Shown: one piece after another, positions 39,996 through 49,122 of the stretch
Layout of the letters: every line of letters begins with the position of its first letter
How positions within the stretch are numbered: position 1 is the stretch's first letter
Source of the DNA: Candidatus Hadarchaeum sp.
GTDB lineage: Archaea; Hadarchaeota; Hadarchaeia; Hadarchaeales; Hadarchaeaceae
Direction: 5' to 3'
Length of the DNA: 64,000 nt
NCBI RefSeq assembly: GCF_038871235.1
Contig: NZ_JAVZIN010000009.1
Location: 1,441-65,440 of the forward strand
Position numbers and translations under genes: made by a program
The notes under the pieces: generated by a model
Database searches by the model: none
Told to the model about the DNA's origin: nothing
The model's input: the letters and a program-made list of their open reading frames with translations, nothing else

Positions 39996-40705
39996 TGAAA
40001 GTTTTGCTTTCGGTGAAAAACATTAACGTTTCTTATGGCAAAATTCCGGTTCTTTATGACGTTTCGCTTCAGGTTGGAGAGAAAGAGGTGGTAACTGTCG
40101 TGGGACCGAACGGGGCCGGTAAAACGACGCTGCTGAGAGCGATATCCGGATTGGTGCCGATATCATCCGGATCAATAACTTTTAAAGGAATGGAAATTAG
40201 CAGGCTTCGCCCTCACGAAATATCAAAGTTGGGCATCTCGCACGTGTTGGAGGGCAAGAGGATCTTTCCCAATCTTACCGTGAAGGAAAATCTTTATTTA
40301 GGGGCCTTTAAAGCCCGGGAGAGGATTGAAGAAGGGCTAAAGCTGGTCTATGATCTTTTTCCTCGCCTGAAGGAAAGGGAAAACCAGAGGGCCGGGACGC
40401 TGAGTGGGGGCGAGCGACAGATGTTGGTGGTGGGACAGGGACTTATGTCGAATCCTTCCCTTCTCATGCTGGATGAACCCTCGTTGGGAATAGCCCCTAA
40501 GCTGATCGAGGAAATATTTGAAGTTCTTAAAATGCTGAAGAAACAGGGCGTCACGATACTCTTGGTGGAACAATTCGTTGCTCAGGCGTTAGCTCTTGCA
40601 GATAGAGGCTATGTTTTAGAAAATGGGAGAATCTGTCTCAGCGGCTCGGGAAAGGGATTGTGTAAGAATAGACACGTTAAAACCGTTTATTTGGGTGGCA
40701 AATAG
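39995..40705 (+). CDS. livF: ABC transporter ATP-binding protein (LivF family)
   Basis: It has the Walker A GPNGAGKTT, the LSGGERQ signature, and the Walker B LLMLDEPS. Its start overlaps the livG stop. Confidence 0.85.
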   Translation: MKVLLSVKNINVSYGKIPVLYDVSLQVGEKEVVTVVGPNGAGKTTLLRAISGLVPISSGSITFKGMEISRLRPHEISKLGISHVLEGKRIFPNLTVKENLYLGAFKARERIEEGLKLVYDLFPRLKERENQRAGTLSGGERQMLVVGQGLMSNPSLLMLDEPSLGIAPKLIEEIFEVLKMLKKQGVTILLVEQFVAQALALADRGYVLENGRICLSGSGKGLCKNRHVKTVYLGGK

Positions 40706-40707
40706 CT

Positions 40708-40725
40708 CAATTTTTTAATTAAGAA
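40708..40725. terminator. Oligo-T tract between the convergent livF and livK genes (archaeal-type terminator candidate)
   Basis: A T6 run lies a few nt after the livF stop. The opposite strand also carries T/A runs downstream of livK. Confidence 0.3.
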
Positions 40726-40850
40726 AATTTTAAGACGCATTCGTCGTGCGTTCTAGCTGGTTCCAATTTTCAGGCACCAAAAGAGATTTGAAATCTGGGT
40801 CTACCTGTTTTAGCGAAAAAAGAAAAAATAAAAAGTTTGCTATTGCGTGT

Positions 40851-42182
40851 TTACGAGTAGTCAGGCCTTGGAATAATCATATCCCCGTCGGCCACGTCGA
40901 AGGGCCACACCGTCACGGATTTTCCGTTTTGTACCTGCATCACATGAATACCTGGATATTTTGTTTCGCCTCTTTCGTCGAAGGCTATCTTTGTGCCCGG
41001 ATAGGTTTCAATTGCTGGTCCGGAAGTTACTTCAATTGTTCTCAGAATTTCCGCGAGATGATTGACGTTCAGCGGGTCCTGTGGGTATCTCTTGCCTGCC
41101 AACTCCAGAGCTTCTTTTATCACCCAGATAGAGAAGTAAGCCTCACCAGCGGCATCGGCTGGATCCTCTCCGGTGAGCGCTCTGAAGTCAGCGAGGAACT
41201 TCTTGTTCCAAGTGGTGTCTTTTCTCGGGTTGTACACATAGGAGTTGGTGAAGTACTCAACGGCTTCTCCACCTTCCCTTATTGAAGCTGAGTCAACCCA
41301 GCCACAGGCTCCTCCACCTGCCCAGATCTTGGCCGGTGATCCCAGCTCATGGACCGCTCTGGCGAACAACATGGCGTCGTTGAAGTATGGGCAGTGGAAC
41401 ACAGCGTCCGGCTTTATCGACTGAAGCTCCGTCATGATTGAGCTAACGTCAGTGATCAAGTAGTAGTATTCCTTCTCATAAACAACACTGACTCCCCTTC
41501 TCATCAGCTCCTCTAGCATTCCAATGCGTACGTATCTCCCGAACACGGAGTCCTCGTTAAGCACGGCTGCGGTCGAAATTTCTACTCCTTTTTTCCCTGC
41601 CCAGTCCAGCACTCCCGCTACAGCTCCTCTGCCAAAGTAGGAAGCAGGTGAGGTCGCCCTGAACACCGTCGTGAATCCCTGCTCCATAATGTAGTCAGAC
41701 AGACCGTCTATCATCACTATTGCTTTTCCATCCAACACCTCACACATGGCCAAGGTTTGCTTGCTGATATAGGCGCCGAAGACAATAGGAACTTTATGAA
41801 CCCCAGCCATTCTTTCGGCGGCCGACTTGGTTTTGTCAACACTTTCGCCGGCGTCCTCTTCCACGAGTTCTATCTTAGCACCACCGAGCGATTGGATGCC
41901 GCCTGAGTCATTGATGTGTTGAACAGCTATTCTAACTCCATTAGCGGCTTCGATACCAAAGACCGAAGCCCAGCCAGACATTGGTTCGACGAGACCAATC
42001 TTGACCTTTTCAATTTTTGGTGTCGTTGGCGTAGGTGTGGTGGGTGTCGTAGTTGGTGTAGGTGTGGTCGTTGGAGTGGTGGGCGTCGTGGTCGTCGGTG
42101 GCGGCATGGAAATAACGTACGCTGAGGCAATTGCAATGGCTACTATCACTACCGCGACAATTGCTATATACTCCTTTTTCAT
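40851..42182 (-). CDS. livK: ABC transporter substrate-binding protein (LivJ/LivK PBP1 family) with an N-terminal TM anchor and a Thr/Pro linker
   Basis: 443 aa. The N-terminal TM helix is followed by PPPTTTTPTTPTTTPTPTTTPTTPTPTTPK and then a type-I periplasmic binding fold. Confidence 0.8.
   Translation of the reverse strand: MKKEYIAIVAVVIVAIAIASAYVISMPPPTTTTPTTPTTTPTPTTTPTTPTPTTPKIEKVKIGLVEPMSGWASVFGIEAANGVRIAVQHINDSGGIQSLGGAKIELVEEDAGESVDKTKSAAERMAGVHKVPIVFGAYISKQTLAMCEVLDGKAIVMIDGLSDYIMEQGFTTVFRATSPASYFGRGAVAGVLDWAGKKGVEISTAAVLNEDSVFGRYVRIGMLEELMRRGVSVVYEKEYYYLITDVSSIMTELQSIKPDAVFHCPYFNDAMLFARAVHELGSPAKIWAGGGACGWVDSASIREGGEAVEYFTNSYVYNPRKDTTWNKKFLADFRALTGEDPADAAGEAYFSIWVIKEALELAGKRYPQDPLNVNHLAEILRTIEVTSGPAIETYPGTKIAFDERGETKYPGIHVMQVQNGKSVTVWPFDVADGDMIIPRPDYS
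42015..42104. repeat. Low-complexity imperfect tandem repeat encoding the Thr/Pro linker of the LivK-like binding protein
   Basis: Units of the ggtgt(c/g)gt(t/g)gg type repeat across the span. Confidence 0.6.
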
Positions 42183-42417
42183 TTATCCCCCATTATAAAC
42201 TAACTCCTGCGATCTATTTATAACTGTTTTTAAGATTTTCGTCAGGATAGATTTCTAAAATACCGTTCCTCAAAAAATTCTGATCTTAAGCAGCACATTG
42301 GTTTGAGTTCTGGGCTTTTGGAAGATTAGTTTGGAAATTCATTATATCAAAATTCGCCGCAAAATTGAACCAATATTCTAAAATTAGTAGCGCTGGAATT
42401 GAGTTTGGTAAAAAAGT

Positions 42418-43116
42418 TTGGTGACGGGGATGAAGATCGGTTTGATATCTGACATCCACTCCAACCTTGCGGCCTTCAAGGCAGTCTTGAGCGACATGCC
42501 GAAGGTTGATGGGATTATCTGCATCGGCGATTTGGTGGGTTACGGGGCCGAGCCCAATGAGGTGGTGAAGCTGGCCAGATCAAAAGAAGTCCGGGCGGTG
42601 ATGGGAAATCACGATTACGCGGCGGTCACGAAGGACGTGCGGGGAATGAACGACCGCGCGGCAACAGCGGCGCTGTGGACGGCGGATGTGTTGAGCCAGG
42701 AAAACCTAGATTATCTCGCTTCTTTGCCCCATCATCTTGAGTTCAATGTCAGAGGACAGAGGATTTACGCCGTTCATGGCAGTCCACGCGACCCCCTTAG
42801 TGAGTACGTGTTTCCAGATTTTTCCAACCGGGATCTGGCCGAGGTGGTGAGGGAGGTGGAGGCTGATGTAATTGTTTTAGGCCACACCCATATCCCAATG
42901 AACAGAATGGTGTTAGGAAAAGCCATCATTAATCCCGGTGGTGTCGGGCAGCCCCGCGATAGAGACCCTAGGGCGAGTTATGCGGTGTTAGATCTGAGCA
43001 GGGAAGTGAAGATTCTTTTTCGGCGCGTGGAGTACGATGTCGAAGCTGCCGCGGAGAAAATAAAGGCGGCAGGACTTCCGGAGGAGCTGGCCACAAGGCT
43101 ATTCTTTGGGTGGTAG
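42418..43116 (+). CDS. Metallophosphoesterase (calcineurin-like, MJ0936/YfcE family)
   Basis: 232 aa. It has SDIHSN, GDLVGYG, GNHD and GHTH metal-binding motifs. Confidence 0.75.
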   Translation: MVTGMKIGLISDIHSNLAAFKAVLSDMPKVDGIICIGDLVGYGAEPNEVVKLARSKEVRAVMGNHDYAAVTKDVRGMNDRAATAALWTADVLSQENLDYLASLPHHLEFNVRGQRIYAVHGSPRDPLSEYVFPDFSNRDLAEVVREVEADVIVLGHTHIPMNRMVLGKAIINPGGVGQPRDRDPRASYAVLDLSREVKILFRRVEYDVEAAAEKIKAAGLPEELATRLFFGW

Positions 43117-43443
43117 AGGCGGCAAAGCAGGTGGCAGCGTTTGTGGTGCGGTTTTTGGCTGGGCCTTCAGCTGCTGTATAGCGAGGACCCTTTCGTTGAC
43201 AACCACATAGTCGCGGATTGACATCACCGCGCTGAAGGGCACCAGAGCATTCCCGCTCTCATCCCGCTGAATGGTCCCGAGCACTTCCCTTGAAGTCGGC
43301 TTAACTATGAGCGAGATGATTCTTCCGTCTTTCTCATCAAAGATAATGTCGCTAACCCTCCCCAACTGAAGACCTCGGTCAGTAATCACTCCTACGGACC
43401 TCAACTTGCTCGCTAGGATTTGCACAACTTCGACCTCCGCCAT
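43099..43443 (-). CDS. PRC-barrel domain protein
   Basis: 114 aa. GRVSDIIFDEKDGRIISLIV is PRC-barrel-like. The C-terminus is Pro-rich. Confidence 0.55.
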   Translation of the reverse strand: MAEVEVVQILASKLRSVGVITDRGLQLGRVSDIIFDEKDGRIISLIVKPTSREVLGTIQRDESGNALVPFSAVMSIRDYVVVNERVLAIQQLKAQPKTAPQTLPPALPPLPPKE

Positions 43444-43469
43444 AAGTTCTCTTCGGACCCTTAAAAGGT

Positions 43470-45719
43470 TTAATAGTGCATGGTGGTGGCCTCTTCGACC
43501 GCCCTCTTGCTGAGCCGGTTGGCGAATGATTCGTAGGTTTTTATCATCTCCGGGGTGATCGATGGCCTGACGGTTTCCATAGCTTCGCGGAAATCCTGCA
43601 TACTGACCTCTTTACCCTTGATGTCCTTTCTCAGTACCAGCATCGCCGCCTCACGACAGAGGGAGGCCAAGTCAGAGCCCGAGTAGCCCTCTGTTTCCTT
43701 AGCGATCTGATTGAGGTCCACGTCCTTTGCCAGCGGCATCTTTTTGGTGTGGATCTTCAGGATTTCTAGTCGCGATTTCAGGTCAGGGGCCGGAACCAGC
43801 ACCAGCCGGTCAAAGCGCCCGGGACGGAGTAGCGCCGGGTCAATCAGGTCAGGACGGTTGGTGGCACCGATGACGACAACCTTTTCAAGCTTTTCCAGTC
43901 CATCGAGTTCGGTGAGCAGCTGGCTGATGACTCTCTCAGTCACGTGGGAGTCACCGAAGCCGGAACCTCGCCTAGGCACCAGGGCGTCGATCTCGTCGAA
44001 GAAGATCACTGCCGGAGCTGCCATCTTCGCCTTGCGGAAGGTTTCCCTGACCCCCCGCTCAGATTCTCCCACCCATTTTGACAGCAGCTCGGGTCCCTTG
44101 ATGGAGATGAAGTTGGCCTCGCTCTCTGTAGCCACCGCGCGCGCCAGCATCGTTTTTCCAGTTCCTGGGGGCCCGTAGAGCAGAATGCCGCGTGGTGGTT
44201 CAATGCCCAGTCGCTTGAAGGCCTCAGGATACTTCAGCGGCCACTCCACGGCCTCACGGAGTTCCTGTTTGGCCTTTTCCAGACCGCCGATGTCATCCCA
44301 GTGTACATCGGGAACCTCCACCAGAACCTCGCGCATCGCGGATGGTTCAACTATCTTCAGGGCATTGTCGAAATCACTTTTGGTCACTTGGAGCTTCTCG
44401 AGCACCTCGGTGGGAATTGTTTTCTCATCAAGCTTGATTTCGGGCAGGATTCGGCGCAGGGCGCTCATGGCCGCCTCCTTGCAGAGAGCCTCGAGGTCGG
44501 CGCCGACAAAGCCGTGGGTGATGCTGGCATAGTAATCTAGGTCCACATCCTTCGCCAGCGGCATGCCTCGGGTGTGTATCTGGAGAATTTCCTTTCTCCC
44601 CTCTCGATCCGGAACACCTATTTCTATTTCCCGGTCAAACCTTCCCGGCCGGCGAATGGCGGGATCAAGAGCATTGGGCCTGTTGGTGGCGCCGATGACG
44701 ATGACTCTGCCCCGGGATTTCAGCCCATCGAGCGCGGTGTTCAAGGTAGCGACCACTCGCCTTTCAACCTCTCCCGTGACTTCCTCTCGCTTGGGAGCGA
44801 TGGCATCGAGTTCGTCGATGAAGACGATAGAAGGAGCGTTTTTCTCGGCCTGCTCGAAGATTTCACGCAGACGGGCCTCAGATTCCCCGTACCACTTGGA
44901 CATTATCTCCGGACCGTTGATGGAGATGAAGTTGGCACCTGACTCGTTGGCTACGGCCTTCGCGATCAGCGTCTTGCCGGTGCCAGGTGGCCCGTGAAGC
45001 AGCACGCCTTTCGGAGGATCTATCCCAAGCCGGTCGAAAAGCTCTGGGTGCTTGAGGGGAAGTTCTATCATCTCCCGCACGCGTTCGAGTTCTACCTTCA
45101 GTCCCCCGATATCCTCGTAGGTGACGGGTGGTACCTTGAGTTCCTTCAGCTCTACTGCTTCGGGAAGTACTTCCACGTTGGTCATATCGGTGACGAGGAC
45201 AATCCCGGTGGGGTTGGTATTGGTGACGACGAACTTCACCTCGCCAAGTCCAAAGGGTAGAGCCATGCTGCCGAAGATGCTCCCGAAGAAGTCGTCCATT
45301 ACCTCCGCCTCAGGCGGAGTTGGCGCAATTAAGTCACCCTTTGCCACCGGTCTGCCGATGAGGTTGCGCTTGATCACGTCGCCCGGTCCCATGAGCCTGA
45401 CGTTGGGCTCTGTCGGGGCGACCGTCACTGATTTAGCCTCCTTTATCGATGCCTTTCGAACGGTGACTTTTTCTCCTATTGATGTGCCGGCGTTGTGCCT
45501 GATCATGCCGTCGATCCTGATTATCTCTAGTCCCCTGTCCTCGGGAGCCCCTTTGATCGCGATGGCCCCGGTTGACCTGGTTCCAGTGATTTCGATGTAG
45601 TCGCCCTGCCTGAGGCCGATTTTTCTCATGATGCCTTCGTCGATCAGGGCAAAACCGCGATTTACGTAGTTCTGGTAGCGGTTCTCCGCCACTACCAGCT
45701 TCAGCTCAGTTTCAGCCAT
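43470..45719 (-). CDS. cdc48: AAA+ ATPase Cdc48/VCP with an N-domain and two AAA domains
   Basis: 749 aa. It has two Walker A motifs (GPPGTGKT twice) and two SRH regions. Confidence 0.95.
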   Translation of the reverse strand: MAETELKLVVAENRYQNYVNRGFALIDEGIMRKIGLRQGDYIEITGTRSTGAIAIKGAPEDRGLEIIRIDGMIRHNAGTSIGEKVTVRKASIKEAKSVTVAPTEPNVRLMGPGDVIKRNLIGRPVAKGDLIAPTPPEAEVMDDFFGSIFGSMALPFGLGEVKFVVTNTNPTGIVLVTDMTNVEVLPEAVELKELKVPPVTYEDIGGLKVELERVREMIELPLKHPELFDRLGIDPPKGVLLHGPPGTGKTLIAKAVANESGANFISINGPEIMSKWYGESEARLREIFEQAEKNAPSIVFIDELDAIAPKREEVTGEVERRVVATLNTALDGLKSRGRVIVIGATNRPNALDPAIRRPGRFDREIEIGVPDREGRKEILQIHTRGMPLAKDVDLDYYASITHGFVGADLEALCKEAAMSALRRILPEIKLDEKTIPTEVLEKLQVTKSDFDNALKIVEPSAMREVLVEVPDVHWDDIGGLEKAKQELREAVEWPLKYPEAFKRLGIEPPRGILLYGPPGTGKTMLARAVATESEANFISIKGPELLSKWVGESERGVRETFRKAKMAAPAVIFFDEIDALVPRRGSGFGDSHVTERVISQLLTELDGLEKLEKVVVIGATNRPDLIDPALLRPGRFDRLVLVPAPDLKSRLEILKIHTKKMPLAKDVDLNQIAKETEGYSGSDLASLCREAAMLVLRKDIKGKEVSMQDFREAMETVRPSITPEMIKTYESFANRLSKRAVEEATTMHY

Positions 45720-45723
45720 AATC

Positions 45724-46002
45724 TCACTCCTCCTCCACCACGAATTTGTACCAAACCAAATGTTCGGCGAATTCCTTAAAGATGCGCTCCACCATCTTAG
45801 CGTACTCTTCCTCGATCAATAGGGTGCTGCGGTTGATGAACTCCCAGACATCCTCGGGGATCTCATCCAGGATGCCTGGCGAGTGGTTGCGGCCGGATTT
45901 GGTTTCATAGTCATAGCCGCAGAGCGCCCGGTAGAATAGGGTGGCCGGTGAGCCCCGCGACTTGACGTCCCATACAAGTAATATTTTTCTCATGATGCTC
46001 AC
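45724..46002 (-). CDS. Small hypothetical protein immediately downstream of cdc48
   Basis: 92 aa. No motif I recognise. Its start abuts the palindromic promoter region. Confidence 0.35.
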   Translation of the reverse strand: MSIMRKILLVWDVKSRGSPATLFYRALCGYDYETKSGRNHSPGILDEIPEDVWEFINRSTLLIEEEYAKMVERIFKEFAEHLVWYKFVVEEE

Positions 46003-46020
46003 TTGTTATATTTATAACAA
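46003..46020. promoter_or_regulatory. 18-bp palindrome TTGTTATA-TT-TATAACAA
   Basis: An inverted repeat with 8-bp arms in the divergent promoter between the small ORF and larC. Confidence 0.4.
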
Positions 46021-46039
46021 ACGACCCTATATAAATCTT

Positions 46040-46057
46040 TTGTTATATATATAACAA
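46040..46057. promoter_or_regulatory. Perfect 18-bp palindrome TTGTTATATATATAACAA
   Basis: This is a second copy, 37 bp from the first centre to centre. It contains a TATA-like core. Confidence 0.4.
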
Positions 46058-46107
46058 ATCCGCAGCCTCTAATTATTATCAAGAACATATTGTTGAGAGG
46101 TGGAAAA

Positions 46108-47307
46108 ATGAGGCTGGCTTTCATCGACTGCAGCATTGCTGGCGTATCCGGGGACATGCTCACGGCAGCTTTCATTGATGCTGGTGCCTCAGCCGAAAAG
46201 GTAAAACGGGCCATGGTCTCCGCAGGAAGCTGCATTAGCCCGGTCGAGGTGAAGATTAAACGCGCGGAGGTCAATGGCGTCAAGGCAACGCGCGTAGAGG
46301 TTGAGACGGAGGACCTAGGTGGCAGAGGCTATCAAGAAATCGTGACTAGGCTAAAAAAGATCAGCATGCCGGAAAGAGTTCGCGGCAAGGTATTCGCAGC
46401 ACTGAGAACACTTGCTGAGGCAGAGTCAAGGGTTCACGGCAGACCGTTGGGAAAGCTTCACCTTCACGAGGTCGGAGCCGCCGATGCCGTTGCCGATATC
46501 GTCGGGGCATGCACCGCCGCCGATGACTTGGGTTTGTTTGATGGCGAGATCATCTCAAGCGAAATCGCGGTCGGCAAAGGCATTACCAAGTTTACCCACG
46601 GCAGATTACCCATTCCCCCGCCCGCGGTTCTCGAAATACTCAAGGGAAAACCGATCGTGGGCATCGACACCAGGAATGAGCTGACGACCCCCACCGGCGC
46701 CGCGCTGATCACCACTCTGGCCAATCGTTATGTGGATGCTTTCCCGCCGATGCGCGTCAGCTCGGTCGGTTACGGGGCCGGCAGTAGGAATTTTCCTTCA
46801 CCTAACTTTACCCGAGTGTGCGTTGGTGAATCATTGGAAACCCAAGAGATCAAAAAGATCGACGTGCTCGAGACTAACTTAGATAATGTTTCGGGCGAGG
46901 TCATCGGTTACACCATTCAAAAGTTGCTGGATGAGGGCGCTTTGGATGCCAACGCCGCCCCGATTATCATGAAGAAGGGAAGACCCGGATTTCTGCTGAG
47001 GGTGCTGGCGAGACCCAACGACTCGGAGCGATTGGGTAAGATTCTGATGCAGGAGACGGGGACTTTGGGCGTTCGCTTGATGCCCGCAGTTCATCGGTTA
47101 ACTCTTGAGCGTGAGATAGGAAAGATTGATGTCAAGCTCGCTGGCTTAAAGTTCAGGCCTCGGGTAAAGGTTTCACGGGAGGGCAACAAAATCGTCAACT
47201 GGAGAGTAGAATATGAGGATGCCAAGGCCATCGCGCAGCGTACCGGAGTACCTCTTCGAGAGGTCATCAGGGCAGTGGAGGAAGCCGCCAGGAACAAGCT
47301 GAAGTGA
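46108..47307 (+). CDS. larC: LarC-family protein (DUF111, nickel-pincer cofactor Ni-insertase family)
   Basis: The N-terminus, MRLAFIDCSIAGVSGDMLTAAFIDAG, matches the LarC start pattern. The size is about 400 aa. The track offers a TTG alternative start at 46090. Confidence 0.75.
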   Translation: MRLAFIDCSIAGVSGDMLTAAFIDAGASAEKVKRAMVSAGSCISPVEVKIKRAEVNGVKATRVEVETEDLGGRGYQEIVTRLKKISMPERVRGKVFAALRTLAEAESRVHGRPLGKLHLHEVGAADAVADIVGACTAADDLGLFDGEIISSEIAVGKGITKFTHGRLPIPPPAVLEILKGKPIVGIDTRNELTTPTGAALITTLANRYVDAFPPMRVSSVGYGAGSRNFPSPNFTRVCVGESLETQEIKKIDVLETNLDNVSGEVIGYTIQKLLDEGALDANAAPIIMKKGRPGFLLRVLARPNDSERLGKILMQETGTLGVRLMPAVHRLTLEREIGKIDVKLAGLKFRPRVKVSREGNKIVNWRVEYEDAKAIAQRTGVPLREVIRAVEEAARNKLK

Positions 47308-47822
47308 AATTTCTGCTCTTTTTTACGAACTACGTCCAAAGATTTTGCGGGAGAGCGCTGAAAAAGTGGATAATTGCAGTAATGCTTGTCCTGCTTTTAT
47401 TGTTGGGGGAGAGTTTAAACAGCCAGAACTTTACCCCTGACCCATATTTTCAGGAACAGCCGATTATCGAGCGGACCGCGGTGGTCTCCCGTGTAATCGA
47501 TGGCGACACTATAGAGCTGGAAGGCGGGGAGAAGGTAAGATTGGTAGGCGTTGATGCCCCGGAGCTGCGTTCGAGCGATCCAGTTGAAAGAGAGCTGGCC
47601 GAGAAAGCCAAGGAATTTGTTGATAACCTTTGTCCCGAGGGATCCGAGATCGGGCTTAACGTTGACGATTTGGAGCCGAGGGACCGCTACGGGCGCACGC
47701 TGGCGCTGGTCTATGTTAGTATCGACAATAGCTGGATAACCCTCAACGTCGAACTGCTTCGATTCGGTTTTGCTGAAATATTATACCTACCGCCATCGGA
47801 GTTCAACCCCTATAGATGGTAA
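47304..47822 (+). CDS. Staphylococcal-nuclease-like thermonuclease with an N-terminal TM/signal segment
   Basis: 172 aa. It has the SNase motifs VIDGDTIEL...VRLVGVDAPE...YGRTLALVY. Confidence 0.75.
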   Translation: MKFLLFFTNYVQRFCGRALKKWIIAVMLVLLLLLGESLNSQNFTPDPYFQEQPIIERTAVVSRVIDGDTIELEGGEKVRLVGVDAPELRSSDPVERELAEKAKEFVDNLCPEGSEIGLNVDDLEPRDRYGRTLALVYVSIDNSWITLNVELLRFGFAEILYLPPSEFNPYRW

Positions 47823-47979
47823 TAGTTCTCGCCTGCTGTGATGGCGACCGTGGGTGGGTGTGGGGCCTGTTTTGTAGAGAGATTACTTTCGGTGGCCCCT
47901 CCTCAAAATTTGCTTAAAAAATCTCAGCTGATTTTCAGTTGATCCAAAAGGCGGCTTCGAGGCAATTTGGAGGTGTGTC

Positions 47980-49113
47980 ATGAGTTTATCAGTACAGTCG
48001 GTCGGTACTTTCGCCGGCAGTTTATCACTTGAGCAGGCGTTGGAGAAGGCGATCAAGCGCATGATTGACCAAGAAATGAAGAGGAAAAAAATTGGTGAAG
48101 CACTTGCCAATTTAAGAGAGGTAGATTTGGATGTGATGAGGGGCGTTGCCGAAAAAACTCTTTTCAAGGAAGTGGGGATGGATCCCCTTGTTGATGTTCG
48201 TGTTTGCGGTGTCGATGGCAGCTTGCTTTATCAGCAGCTGCATGGATTTGACCTCATCTTGGTCAGGGCCTTGGCAGCGATATTTCATTATCGCGGTGCT
48301 GTTTTGGAGGGGGTCGAGTATTCGCCGAGTGAGTTGCCGCCGCCGAAGCTGATAGATGTTGTGGAGCCCCTTGATTCTTGGGAGTTTCAGTCATTAGCAG
48401 GAATGGAGCGCCAGCTGGCTGAAATCGAAACTGCGGCACAAGTTGCTGAGAGAGGCGGCGTCGAGTCAATATTGCTTGATGGTTCAATTGTTCCCCAGTA
48501 TGTCGAGCGCTTTCCGAGAAGCCCAATTTTGCTGGAGAAGTATCAAAATTTGATCCGGGCGTACACGAGGCTTTACCAGGTCTGCGCGGAGGCCGGCATT
48601 GTCCTTGCCGGAGCGGTTAAGGACAGCCGCGGCACCAGATTAGTTGAAATTCTGAAGGCTGCTTTTGACAAGTTTAACTTGGAGAAAGAAGATTTATTAA
48701 TCTTGGATAAAACGAGGGACACGGTTCTTCTGAATCACGTGCTCGGAGTTGGCGAGCGCACTTCGGCCTTCACCTATGTGGAGAAGCCCGCGAGCTATGT
48801 GCTCAGCGACCTAGGGAGCTGGGGTGCGAGGATTTATGGGTTTTACATCAGGACAGTTCCCTATGACAGGCCGCTCCGAATAGAGTTTTTAAAAGGCGTA
48901 GAAAATGTTGCAGAAACAGCCGATCGGGTAGCTTCGTTGGTCTATGCGTTGTCCTCCTATCATGAGGGATTTGGGTTGCCCTCCGTCATTATCGAAGCCG
49001 ATGCTTGTGCTAGATTGGCGGAAGAGGAACTCAGTTGGGTGAGAGACATCATTTCCGCGCGTTTGGATCCAGACTTTGCCCCCGATCTGAGGCGCGAGAG
49101 AAAGCCCTTTTGA
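47980..49113 (+). CDS. nurA: NurA-family 5'-3' nuclease
   Basis: 377 aa. It has the N-terminal VCGVDGS motif and sits immediately upstream of herA. Confidence 0.65.
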   Translation: MSLSVQSVGTFAGSLSLEQALEKAIKRMIDQEMKRKKIGEALANLREVDLDVMRGVAEKTLFKEVGMDPLVDVRVCGVDGSLLYQQLHGFDLILVRALAAIFHYRGAVLEGVEYSPSELPPPKLIDVVEPLDSWEFQSLAGMERQLAEIETAAQVAERGGVESILLDGSIVPQYVERFPRSPILLEKYQNLIRAYTRLYQVCAEAGIVLAGAVKDSRGTRLVEILKAAFDKFNLEKEDLLILDKTRDTVLLNHVLGVGERTSAFTYVEKPASYVLSDLGSWGARIYGFYIRTVPYDRPLRIEFLKGVENVAETADRVASLVYALSSYHEGFGLPSVIIEADACARLAEEELSWVRDIISARLDPDFAPDLRRERKPF

Positions 49114-49122
49114 GGTGTTGGT

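Noticed and set aside
42001-42198. Plus-strand ORF encoding VGVGVVGVVVGV repeats
   Set aside because: It is the antisense shadow of the Thr/Pro linker repeat of the LivK-like protein.
13848-45719. Inteins in nrdJ, rfcS, radA, cdc48 and topoisomerase
   Set aside because: All these proteins have family-typical lengths and uninterrupted catalytic motifs, with no HNG or LAGLIDADG-bearing insertions.
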